Shown here: positions 8,939-18,270 of the stretch, one piece after another
How positions within the stretch are numbered: the first letter of the stretch is position 1
Layout: each line of letters opens with the position of its first letter
Assembly (NCBI GenBank): GCA_934130285.1
Contig: CAKOXT010000001.1
Span: 165,082 to 229,081 of the forward strand
Direction of reading: 5' to 3'
Length of the DNA: 64,000 bases
DNA from: an uncultured Clostridia bacterium
GTDB taxonomy: Bacteria > Bacillota > Clostridia > TANB77 > CAG-508
Translations under genes and position numbers: made by a program
Notes under the pieces: model-generated
What the model was told of the DNA's origin: nothing
Database searches by the model: none
The model's input: the letters and a program-made list of their open reading frames with translations, nothing else

Positions 8939-9730
8939 ATGGATAATTTGGATTATTTAATAAAATATTTGTTAGAAGAAAACAAAAATATTGATATTGA
9001 AGAGATTCCTAAAGATTTGAAAGAAAAACAAAAGTTATATCGTTCATTATGTAATGTTAGAGATGCTATGCCAATATCAGAGAAGTATTTGGAAGTTGAG
9101 AATGAATATTTACAAGAAGAAATTAAGAAAAGAGATATTGTTGATTTAAAAGGTATATCTAGTAGTATTGTTGATGGTAGCACGAAGATTAGTTTATGGA
9201 AAGGTGATATTACTTTGCTTAAAATTGATTGTATTGTTAATGCTGCTAATTCTCAAGGGTTAGGATGTTTTATCCCTTGCCATAAGTGTATTGATAATAT
9301 TATTCATTCTACTGCTGGAGTTCAGTTAAGAATTGCATGTAACGAAAAGATGAAGAATATCGGTATATTAAAAACTGGAGAAGTGTTTTTAACAAAAGGA
9401 TATAATTTACCAGCAAGATTTGTTATTCATACAGTAGGACCTATTATTCATAATGTTGTGACAAAAAAGGAAAAAGCAGAATTAGAGAAGTGTTATATTA
9501 ATTCATTAAAGATAGCTAAAGATGCTGGAATAAAAAATATAGCTTTTTGTTGTATTTCAACAGGTGAGTTTAGATTCCCAAAAGATTTAGCAAGTGAAAT
9601 TGCTGTGAAAGCGGTAAAAAAATTTTTAAAACAAAATGAAGATTTTTTTGAAATGATTATTTTTGATGTATTTTCAGATGAGGATTATGATATTTACTTA
9701 GAAAAATTAGGTGATGTATATGGAATATAA
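8939..9730 (+). CDS. macrodomain protein (ADP-ribose binding / ADP-ribosyl hydrolase, MacroD-like) with about 80-aa N-terminal extension
   Basis: Macro motifs IVNAANSQGLGC and ISTGEFRFP. Overlaps the next gene by 20 nt. Confidence 0.8.
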   Translation: MDNLDYLIKYLLEENKNIDIEEIPKDLKEKQKLYRSLCNVRDAMPISEKYLEVENEYLQEEIKKRDIVDLKGISSSIVDGSTKISLWKGDITLLKIDCIVNAANSQGLGCFIPCHKCIDNIIHSTAGVQLRIACNEKMKNIGILKTGEVFLTKGYNLPARFVIHTVGPIIHNVVTKKEKAELEKCYINSLKIAKDAGIKNIAFCCISTGEFRFPKDLASEIAVKAVKKFLKQNEDFFEMIIFDVFSDEDYDIYLEKLGDVYGI

Positions 9731-10556
9731 AGATAGAATTTTAAAAGTAAGAGATTTATTAAAAGAAGCGGATTATGTTTTAATTGGCGCTGGTGCAGGT
9801 TTATCTACAGCTGCTGGTATGGAATATAGTGGAGAGAGCTTTGAAAAAAACTATAGAGAATTTATTGATAAATATTATTTCGATAATTTGTATTCTGCAT
9901 CTTTTTATGATTTTAAGACTCAGGAGGAAAAGTGGGCTTTTTTTGCGAAGATGATTAAATTGAATAGATATAATGATAAGCCTTTACAGTTATATCAAGA
10001 GCTTTATGAATTAGTTTGTTCAAAGGATTATTTTGTGTTATCTACGAATGTTGATGGACAATTTTATAATAGTGGGTTTGATGCTGAAAGAGTGTTTGAG
10101 ATTCAGGGAGATTACTGCTTTTTACAATGTGAAAATGCATGCCATGATAAATTGTATTATAATAAAGAATTAGTAGAGAAATGGATACAAAATACAAAAG
10201 ATTGTAAGATTCTGTCTGACTTGGTTATGAAATGTCCAGTTTGTGGCGGAAATATGGATATGAATTTAAGAAAAGATGCTAATTTTGTGCAAGATAAGAA
10301 TTGGCATGTTCAAGCAAAAAAATATGAGGAGTTTATTAATAATGCTAAAGATAAAAAAATGGTGTTGTTAGAAATAGGAGTTGGATTTAATACTCCTGGT
10401 ATTATTAGGTTTCCTTTTGAGAGAATGGTAGAAGAAAATGAAGATACATATTTAGTTAGAATTAATAAAGAGTATCCTTCTGCAATATTAGATATAAATG
10501 ATAAGTTAGTTTCTTTTAATGAGAATGTAAGTAAAATAATAGGAGATTTGAAATGA
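9711..10556 (+). CDS. SIR2-family protein, SirTM-like (macrodomain-linked sirtuin, predicted protein ADP-ribosyltransferase)
   Basis: Rossmann motif GAGAGLSTAAG, TNVDGQF motif and a Cys-rich zinc ribbon (CFLQCENAC...CPVCGG). The operonic link with the macrodomain is the class-M hallmark. Confidence 0.7.
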   Translation: MMYMEYKDRILKVRDLLKEADYVLIGAGAGLSTAAGMEYSGESFEKNYREFIDKYYFDNLYSASFYDFKTQEEKWAFFAKMIKLNRYNDKPLQLYQELYELVCSKDYFVLSTNVDGQFYNSGFDAERVFEIQGDYCFLQCENACHDKLYYNKELVEKWIQNTKDCKILSDLVMKCPVCGGNMDMNLRKDANFVQDKNWHVQAKKYEEFINNAKDKKMVLLEIGVGFNTPGIIRFPFERMVEENEDTYLVRINKEYPSAILDINDKLVSFNENVSKIIGDLK

Positions 10557-11491
10557 TTATAAATACTGGTTGCAGAACTGATATACCAGCTTTTTATTCA
10601 AAGTGGCTGATGAATAGAATTCATGAGGGCTATGTTTTAGTACGAAATCCTTATTATCCTGAACAGGTTATAAAATATAGATTAGATCCAAGTGTGGTAG
10701 ACGGTATGGATTTTTGTACGAAAAATCCAAAACCAATGTTGAAATATTTAGATGAATTAGATAAGTTTAGACAATACTGGTTTGTAACGATTACACCATA
10801 TGGTAAGGATATAGAACCTGTAGTACCGGATAAAGAAGAGGTAATAGAAAGTTTTAAAAAGTTGTCAGAACATGTTGGTGAGAATTGTGTTGGTTGGAGA
10901 TATGATCCAATTTTTATGAACGAAGATTTTGATGTTGATAAGCATATAGAGTGTTTTGAAAAAATGGCAAAACAGTTAAATGGATATACACATAATTGTA
11001 CAATTAGTTTTTTAGATTTGTATGAAAAAGTAAAAAGAAATGCGCCTGATTTAAGACAGCCTACTAAAGATGAGCAAATTAGAATCGCTAAGGCTTTTTA
11101 TAAAATAGGGAAAAAGAATAATATGGTGATATATAGCTGTTGCGAAAATAGTTATTTGGCCCAATATGGACTTAATTGTGAAGGTTGCAGAAGTCAAAGT
11201 TTAGTTGAGAAATCATTAGGTGTAAGCCTAAAACCGCCTAAGAGAAAGAGCTTGAGACAGCAATGTAATTGTTTAATGGGAAATGATATAGGTGCATATA
11301 ATACTTGTGGACATATGTGTAAGTATTGCTATGCAAATGAAAATAAGAAATTGGTTGTAGAGAATATGAAAAAACATGATGATAATTCACCTTTTTTAGT
11401 TGGAAGATTAAATAATGATGATATAGTTACAGAAGCTAATCAAAAGAGTTGGATTGTAAATAGGAATGAACAAATTTCTTTTTGGGGTTAA
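10553..11491 (+). CDS. DUF1848-like protein with C-terminal Cys cluster (CxxxCxxC)
   Basis: Start overlaps the sirtuin stop (ATGA). The N-terminus MIINTGCRTDIPAFYSKW is typical of DUF1848. C-terminal CNC...CGHMCKYC. Confidence 0.55.
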   Translation: MIINTGCRTDIPAFYSKWLMNRIHEGYVLVRNPYYPEQVIKYRLDPSVVDGMDFCTKNPKPMLKYLDELDKFRQYWFVTITPYGKDIEPVVPDKEEVIESFKKLSEHVGENCVGWRYDPIFMNEDFDVDKHIECFEKMAKQLNGYTHNCTISFLDLYEKVKRNAPDLRQPTKDEQIRIAKAFYKIGKKNNMVIYSCCENSYLAQYGLNCEGCRSQSLVEKSLGVSLKPPKRKSLRQQCNCLMGNDIGAYNTCGHMCKYCYANENKKLVVENMKKHDDNSPFLVGRLNNDDIVTEANQKSWIVNRNEQISFWG

Positions 11492-11524
11492 AGTCAAAAT
11501 GGTGATATGTTTGATAGGTGAAAT

Positions 11525-11555
11525 AAAAGTAGACTAAAAGAGTCTACTTTTATTT
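11525..11555. terminator. bidirectional terminator (gtagact...agtctac)
   Basis: Hairpin with flanking A-run and T-run between convergent operons. Confidence 0.65.
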
Positions 11556-12146
11556 TTAGTTATAATTATTCATATAAAATTTCTTTTGGGCTAATTTTTC
11601 TTGAACACCATTTAATGCTTCACCAAATCTTTGGAAGTGGACTACTTCACGCTCTCTTAAGAAACGTAATGGATCTACGACGTCAGGATCGTCTGCACAA
11701 AGATCAATCAATTTTTCGTATGTTGCTCTAGCTTTTTGTTCTGCAGCAAGGTCTTCAGTTAAGTCGGTTACTGGATCACTTGTTACTTGAAGTGTGGCAG
11801 CACTAAAAGGTGTTCCACTAGCAGCTTGAGGATATGTTCCCCAACCATGATCAGTAAAGTAAGCACCTAGTCCTGCTTTTTCTAATTCTTCGGGACAAAC
11901 GCCGTCAGTTAATTGGTGAACCATACTACTTACCATTTCTAAGTGAGCTAGTTCTTCGGTGCCGATATCATTTAAAATGGCTTTTGATTTTTCATCTGGC
12001 ATACTTATTCTTTGAGAAATATATCTAAGAGCTGCGCCAATTTCGCCGTCTGGTCCACCATATTGTGAAATAATAAATTTGGCTAATCGTGGATTAGTGT
12101 TTTTTATTCTTACAGGATATTCTAATTTCTTTTGATATAACCACAT
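11556..12146 (-). CDS. cotJC: spore coat protein CotJC (manganese catalase-like)
   Basis: Mn-catalase fold residues (EELAHLEM, HFQRF). Third gene of a cotJ-type operon. Confidence 0.85.
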   Translation of the reverse strand: MWLYQKKLEYPVRIKNTNPRLAKFIISQYGGPDGEIGAALRYISQRISMPDEKSKAILNDIGTEELAHLEMVSSMVHQLTDGVCPEELEKAGLGAYFTDHGWGTYPQAASGTPFSAATLQVTSDPVTDLTEDLAAEQKARATYEKLIDLCADDPDVVDPLRFLREREVVHFQRFGEALNGVQEKLAQKKFYMNNYN

Positions 12147-12415
12147 TAGTAACTACCTCCTTTTTCCCAAGGCCATGGCTGTTCTAGCCAGCGCCATTTA
12201 TTACAAGGACATTCTATTGATAGAGGTCCATACATTTTTTGATAATTATCTGTTAACATTCTTAACTTGTTGGCATTTTCATTATGAAGACACAAAGCTC
12301 TTTTGTCATCTGGATTTATGTCTAAATATAGCCCAAGTTCAATAACGGTAAAGTTTACAGCTCGTATTTCATCTAACATTTCTGATCTTGTTTGTTGGCA
12401 ATTTCCGTCCATCAT
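12146..12415 (-). CDS. cotJB: spore coat protein CotJB
   Basis: Small protein with the CotJB-type sequence (VNFTVIELGLYLD...NPDD), overlapping cotJC. Confidence 0.8.
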   Translation of the reverse strand: MMDGNCQQTRSEMLDEIRAVNFTVIELGLYLDINPDDKRALCLHNENANKLRMLTDNYQKMYGPLSIECPCNKWRWLEQPWPWEKGGSY

Positions 12416-12777
12416 GAATTACAGCCACCTCCAATTGTATTTGAATTTTTTAAATAATTTATAGTTTCTAATGATTGATTTGGACAATATGGACTAACGA
12501 GTTCTGGGAAAATTGTGCCCATTTTTAATCCGATTTCTGGTGTGTATACTTGATTCATTCTTTGGTGAGGAACATAACAATGTCCATACATCCAATTTTG
12601 AGGGAATGCTGATGTGTTTGTAAAACCACATGAACATGTTGTGTCATTTTCCATATTTCCATAATTATAATTTTGAATCATGTTACAAGATTCTTCGTAC
12701 ATAGTATTTGACGTGAAACTATTGGTATCTGTATTGTTTGAAAGATTGTTATATGAACAATTACAATTTCTAAACAT
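12412..12777 (-). CDS. cotJA: spore coat-associated protein CotJA (with N-terminal Asn/Cys-rich extension)
   Basis: C-terminal CotJA-like motif (YVPHQ...GTIFPEL..PY). Overlaps cotJB by 4 nt. Confidence 0.65.
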   Translation of the reverse strand: MFRNCNCSYNNLSNNTDTNSFTSNTMYEESCNMIQNYNYGNMENDTTCSCGFTNTSAFPQNWMYGHCYVPHQRMNQVYTPEIGLKMGTIFPELVSPYCPNQSLETINYLKNSNTIGGGCNS

Positions 12778-12990
12778 TAAAATTCCTCCTTTTATAATAA
12801 TAAAATATGATTTTTTTTACAAAATGTGCTAAAAACATTTGCGATTATAAGAGTATGTGTTATAATTTGTTTGACAGAAATTACTATTTATTTACAAAAC
12901 AGTATAAAGAGAGTTAAAAATGATTGAAGTTAAATAAGTGGTAATATCGTATTAAAAAATTATAAAACCTAGGAGGATAAGGAAGAAAAT

Positions 12991-13287
12991 ATGAATAATA
13001 AAATGGTAATTACAGATGAAGAAAATGTTACTGGAGAATATTTGGTATTTTGTACTTTTGATTCAGGGTTAACAGGAAAAAGCTATGTAGTGTATACAAA
13101 TGAGCTAAAGGATAAAGACAATATGATGCTTTTGTTAAGTGGATCATACAAGAAGGTTGCAAGAAATCATCTAAGAGTTGATAAAAGATTAACTCATGAA
13201 GAGAAAGTAATGTTGGAAAAAATGGTGCAAATTATAATAGATCAAGCCAAAGCTAAAGAAATGAATGATGAAGATTCAATAGATTAA
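12991..13287 (+). CDS. small acidic hypothetical protein (DUF1292-like)
   Basis: 98-aa ORF with an AGGAGGA RBS and an acidic C-terminus. Family assignment is tentative. Confidence 0.5.
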   Translation: MNNKMVITDEENVTGEYLVFCTFDSGLTGKSYVVYTNELKDKDNMMLLLSGSYKKVARNHLRVDKRLTHEEKVMLEKMVQIIIDQAKAKEMNDEDSID

Positions 13288-13399
13288 GTTACTTGATTTT
13301 GTGAGTAATGAATATATCTAAAAGTATGTAATTTTATAGGGCATTAAGAAAAATATTATAAGCTCATTTTAGGTGATTTTTCTTGGTTATCTAGAAAGT

Positions 13400-13435
13400 A
13401 AAAAACTCAGTAAATTAATTTACTGAGTTTTTTTA
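13400..13435 (+). terminator. rho-independent terminator (actcagtaaatt / aatttactgagt + T7)
   Basis: Perfect 12-bp stem and a U-run. Confidence 0.75.
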
Positions 13436-13501
13436 AAACTATTTAAAAAAATAACAAAATAAGGTATAATAATGTGGAAATGTTTATTTTAGGAGAGAAA
13501 G

Positions 13502-15190
13502 ATGCGAAAAAAATGGGAATATAGAGAATTAGATGTAGAAAAAATAAAAGGAATTGCAGAGAAATTTAATGTATCAGAATTATTAGCAACAGTATTAGTA
13601 AATAGAGGAATAGTTGATGATGAAGAAATAAGAGTTTTCCTAGAACCAACGAGAAATGATTTTCATGACCCTTATTTAATGCCTGATATGGATATTGCAA
13701 TAGAGAGAATTATTAAAGCAATCAAAAACCAAGAAAAGGTTATTATATATGGAGATTATGATGTTGACGGAATTACAAGTATTACAGTTTTGAAAAAGTT
13801 TTTGAAAACATGTGGACTTGAGGTTGATTATTACATACCTAATCGTTTAAATGAAGGTTATGGCTTAAATAAGAATGCTATTGATAAAATTAGAGAAAAA
13901 GGATATACTTTAATAATTACTGTAGACTGTGGTATCTCTGGAATAGAAGAGATTGAATATGCAAATAGTTTTGGAATAGAAACTATAGTTACAGATCATC
14001 ATGAACCTATGGATGTATTGCCACCTGCTGTTGCGGTAGTTGATTTAAAGAGAAAAGATAGTAACACATATCCATTTAAAAGTTTAGCTGGGTGTGGTGT
14101 AGTATTTAAACTAACACAAGCACTTGGTATGAAATTAGGAATGGATGAAAAGGAATATTTGAAATATTTAGATATTGTGTGTGTTGGAACTATTTCAGAT
14201 ATAGTACCTTTAGTAGATGAAAATAGAGTTATTGCTAAACTTGGTTTGAAATTAGTTGAGGTTACACGTAATCCAGGACTTAAGGCTCTTTTAAATGCTT
14301 CTGGATATAAGCAAGTTAATTCTAATACTATTTCTTTTGGAATAGCACCTAGAATTAATGCTTGTGGCAGAATGGGCTATGAAGAAGAAGCTTTGAAGTT
14401 ATTTTTAACTGAAAATCTTGTTGAAGCTTCTAGCATAACGGAAAAGTTGAATAAATATAATAGAGAAAGACAAGAAATAGAAAAAAATATTTATGATGAA
14501 GCGATTGCAATGATTCAAGGAGAAAGTCAAGATGTTAATTCTATTGTACTTGGAGGGGATGATTGGCATCATGGTGTTATTGGAATTGTTTCTTCAAAAA
14601 TTACAGAAATGTATTTTAAGCCATCAATTTTGATATGTTTTGAAGGTGAAGAAGGCAAAGGTTCTGGAAGAAGTATACCTGGTTTTGATCTTCATGAAGC
14701 ACTAGTTAAATTGTCTAAGTATTTAGATAAATATGGTGGACATGAGATGGCTGTTGGATTAAGCTTGAAAAGAAAAAACTTTGAAGCATTTAAAAAAGCT
14801 TTTCAAGAATATGTTGCTGAAAAAGATATAAGTGATATTGTTCCAATAATTGAAATAGATAAGCAAATTGATTTAAAGGATGTTGATTATAATGTTGTTA
14901 AACAACTTGATTTATTGGAACCTTTTGGAGAAGCAAATAGAAGACCGGTATTTGTTTATAGAAATTTAAAAATAGATTCTATAAGAGCATTATCAGATGG
15001 AAAGCATTTGAAATTAACATTAAAAGATGGAAATTCTGTTGTTAATGCTATTGGATTTAATATGGGAGCTCTTTCTAAAGAATATATGATTGGAGATAAA
15101 ATTGATGTTGCAGGAACTCTTGAATTAAATTCATTTAATGGAAAAGAAATGGTACAAATAAATATTAAAGACATTATGAAATCTTTATAA
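13502..15190 (+). CDS. recJ: single-stranded-DNA-specific exonuclease RecJ
   Basis: DHH motifs (GDYDVDGITS, DHHE) and DHHA1 region. About 560 aa. Confidence 0.9.
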   Translation: MRKKWEYRELDVEKIKGIAEKFNVSELLATVLVNRGIVDDEEIRVFLEPTRNDFHDPYLMPDMDIAIERIIKAIKNQEKVIIYGDYDVDGITSITVLKKFLKTCGLEVDYYIPNRLNEGYGLNKNAIDKIREKGYTLIITVDCGISGIEEIEYANSFGIETIVTDHHEPMDVLPPAVAVVDLKRKDSNTYPFKSLAGCGVVFKLTQALGMKLGMDEKEYLKYLDIVCVGTISDIVPLVDENRVIAKLGLKLVEVTRNPGLKALLNASGYKQVNSNTISFGIAPRINACGRMGYEEEALKLFLTENLVEASSITEKLNKYNRERQEIEKNIYDEAIAMIQGESQDVNSIVLGGDDWHHGVIGIVSSKITEMYFKPSILICFEGEEGKGSGRSIPGFDLHEALVKLSKYLDKYGGHEMAVGLSLKRKNFEAFKKAFQEYVAEKDISDIVPIIEIDKQIDLKDVDYNVVKQLDLLEPFGEANRRPVFVYRNLKIDSIRALSDGKHLKLTLKDGNSVVNAIGFNMGALSKEYMIGDKIDVAGTLELNSFNGKEMVQINIKDIMKSL

Positions 15191-15238
15191 TTAGTAAGTT
15201 TTCTTAAATGTATTTGTGTAAGGAAGGGAATGAAAAAT

Positions 15239-17435
15239 ATGAAAGATGATACGATTGAAAGAACAATAGATGATGTAATAAAAATGGCTAAAGAAAAAAA
15301 TAGAAAAGTAGATACAAAAAAGATTACACGTGCTTATAATTATGCCAAAGCAAAGCATCGGAGATCAGAAGAGAAAATCAGGTGAACCATATATTATTCA
15401 TCCAGTTCAAGTTGCTTATACATTGGCTGGTTTGGAATTAGATACTGATACTATTTGTGCTGCCCTTTTACATGATGTAGTTGAAGATACTGATACAACT
15501 AATGAAGATTTGATTAGAGAATTTGGAGCACCTGTTGCTGAAATGGTTGATGGCGTTACTAAATTAGGTAAATTACAATATACAACCAAAGAAGAACAAC
15601 AAGTTGAAGACTATAGAAAAATGTTCTTAGCAATGGGAAAAGATATCAGAGTTATTTTAATAAAATTAGCTGATAGACTTCATAATATGAGAACATTAAA
15701 ATATTTAAGTAGAGAAAGACAAATAGCAAATGCAAGAGAAACAATGGATTTATATGCTCCATTGGCTAACCGTTTAGGTATTTATTCTTTAAAGTGGGAA
15801 CTTGAGGATTTATCTTTTAAATATTTATATCCAGATGAATATCATGAAATCGTTAAAGGACTTGATAAGAAAAGAGATGAAAGACTTGCGTTCATAGAAA
15901 AAATAATGGATGAAATTAGAGTTGAGTTGAAAAATGCAAAAATACAAGCAGAAGTTACAGGTAGAGCAAAACATATTTATAGTATTTATAGAAAAATGCA
16001 AAGAGATAATTCAACTTTAGATCAGGTCTATGATTTGTTTGCTCTTAGAATTTTAGTTAATTCTGTAAGAGATTGTTATGCTGCTCTTGGTATAGTGCAT
16101 GATTTATATAATCCAATGCCTGGTAGATTTAAAGATTATATTTCAGTTCCAAAAAAGAATATGTATCAATCAATACATACAACTTTAATTGGACCAAAAG
16201 GAACACCTTTTGAGGTTCAAATCAGGACTTGGGATATGCACAGGGTAGCTGAATTTGGTATTGCTGCTCACTGGGCTTATAAAGAACAAAGTTATAAAGG
16301 TAAAAAGAAAGCTGTTGTTGTTAAAGATGATAAATTAGCATGGCTTCGTGAAACTTTAGAGTGGCAAAGAAATACTGAAAATCCAGATGAATTTTTAAAC
16401 ACATTGAAAAAAGAATTATTTGAGGATGAGGTTCACGTATTTACTCCAAAGGGTGATATTAAAGTTTTACCTCGTGGAAGCACTCCTATTGATTTGGCTT
16501 ATGCAATTCACGAACAAGTTGGGCATAGAATGATTGGTGCTAAAATAAATAGCAAAATGATGCCAATTATTACGAAATTGGAAAATGGTGATATTGTTGA
16601 AATTATCACGTCAGATTCTGCTAAGGGGCCAAGTAGAGATTGGCTTAAGTTTGTAAAGAGTAGTGGTGCTAAAACAAGAATTCAGCAGTGGTTTAAAAAA
16701 GCACAAAGGGACGAGAACATTGAAAAAGGTAAAGATATTTTAGAAAAAGATATCAAAAAATTAGGAATGAAACATAGTGATTTGTTCAAACCTGAATGGG
16801 TTCAAATTGCTTTGGATAGATATAAATATAATTCAATTGATGATATGTATGCAAGTATTGGTTTTGGTGCTATTTCAGCTACTAAAATTATTGCTAGATT
16901 ATTAGAAGAATATAGAAAAGAACATAAAGAAGAGGATTTGGAAAAAACAATTACTGAACTTGCTAATAAAAAGACTTTAACAAAACCATCAAGAACGGGT
17001 GTTATTGTTGAAGGCATTGATAATTGTTTAGTAAAACTTTCTAAATGTTGTAATCCTCTTCCTGGAGATCAAATTGTTGGTTATATAACTAAAGGTAGAG
17101 GTGTTTCTGTACATAGAGCTGATTGTGTTAATGTTAAGGATTTACTTTCAGATGAAGGTAGAATGATTGATGTTTATTGGGCTGAAGAAGCTAAAACTCA
17201 TTATAGTGTTGAAATTGCTGTTTATGCTAATGATAGACAAGGTTTGCTTGCCGATGTTATTAAGGAAGTTACTGGTGCAAAATTTAATATTCTTGGTGTT
17301 AATACAAAGACTACTAAGGAGAGAATTGCTATTATTGATTTAACTATCGAACTTGAGAATTTGGAAGAATTGAAGAAAGTTATTAGAACGCTTAAGAGAG
17401 TGGATAGTGTCTATGACGTTAAGCGTAATAAGTAA
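15239..17435 (+). CDS. rel: bifunctional (p)ppGpp synthetase/hydrolase Rel (RelA/SpoT family), reading frame interrupted by an apparent +1 insertion near codon 40
   Basis: The N-terminal 48-codon ORF 15239-15385 (…ITRAYNYAKAKH) ends in TGA. The main ORF continues in the -1 frame from 15330 (GTG) with GDQKRKSGEPYIIHP, HDVVEDT, the synthetase, TGS and ACT domains. Removing C at about 15359 restores AKAKHGDQKRKSGEPY. Confidence 0.8.
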
Positions 17436-17606
17436 TGGCCCGAAAGATAATCATTGTTTGCGTTGATACATTTCAGTTTTAATTCTTGCAATGTATCAGC
17501 GTACGACTTGAAATATAATACTTCACGTACCTGGCAAAATAATAATTCTATTTCGAACGGAATAGTTTGAGAGTGATATAAAATTTACGAATGAGGAAGT
17601 GTAAAA

Positions 17607-18257
17607 ATGATTTTAAAAACTTTAAAGTTACATATTGGTCATATGAATCTTGTGACTAATTGCTATATAATAGTTGATGAAGAAACTAAAGAAACTATGG
17701 TTATAGATCCTGGTGCTGAGCCAGAAAAAATTATAGAGATGCTAGATATTTTAGATGCAAAATTAAAATATATATTTTTAACACATTGTCATGCTGATCA
17801 TATTGGAGCTGTTGATGCACTTAGAGATGCTAAAGGTGGAAAAATTTTAATAAGTAGAGATGATAGTACAGGTTTATATGATTCGTCTATCAGTTTAACT
17901 TATTATACAGAGACTCATAATCCAGAACTTGAGCCTGATTCAAGGGTAGACGATGGGGATTTGATTCATGTTGGAAATATAGAATTTAAAGTAATTGCAA
18001 CACCAGGACATACTAAAGGAGGACTTTGTTTATATTGTCCTTCTGAGGAAATGATTTTTACGGGTGATACTATTTTCTCAGGATGTTGGGGAAGAACGGA
18101 TTTACCTACTGGAAGCATGGAAGATATTATGGATTCAATTACTAGAAAAATTTTAGTTTTGCCGGATAATACAATTATTTATCCTGGACATGGAAAATCC
18201 ACAATGATAAAAGAAGAAAAACCTATATATTTAGAACTTAGAAAAAAAGATTATTAA
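17607..18257 (+). CDS. MBL-fold metallo-hydrolase (hydroxyacylglutathione hydrolase-like)
   Basis: HCHADHIG motif plus downstream His/Asp ligands. 216 aa. Confidence 0.8.
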   Translation: MILKTLKLHIGHMNLVTNCYIIVDEETKETMVIDPGAEPEKIIEMLDILDAKLKYIFLTHCHADHIGAVDALRDAKGGKILISRDDSTGLYDSSISLTYYTETHNPELEPDSRVDDGDLIHVGNIEFKVIATPGHTKGGLCLYCPSEEMIFTGDTIFSGCWGRTDLPTGSMEDIMDSITRKILVLPDNTIIYPGHGKSTMIKEEKPIYLELRKKDY

Positions 18258-18270
18258 GGAGTGAATAAAA

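Noticed and set aside
7718-11560. GcvH-L / LplA2 genes expected in canonical SirTM operons
   Set aside because: No lipoyl-domain (about 110 aa) or lipoate-ligase (about 330 aa) ORF is present in or around the operon. Its partners here are the DUF1848 and 264-aa unknown genes.
12778-12990. Sporulation sigma-factor promoter upstream of cotJA
   Set aside because: A CATACTCT sequence resembles a sigma-E or sigma-K type -10 box, but no convincing -35 partner at correct spacing could be identified by eye.
17436-17606. T-box leader upstream of hisS
   Set aside because: No GGTGG…ACCGCG T-box sequence or specifier-loop arrangement is found. Only generic hairpins are present.
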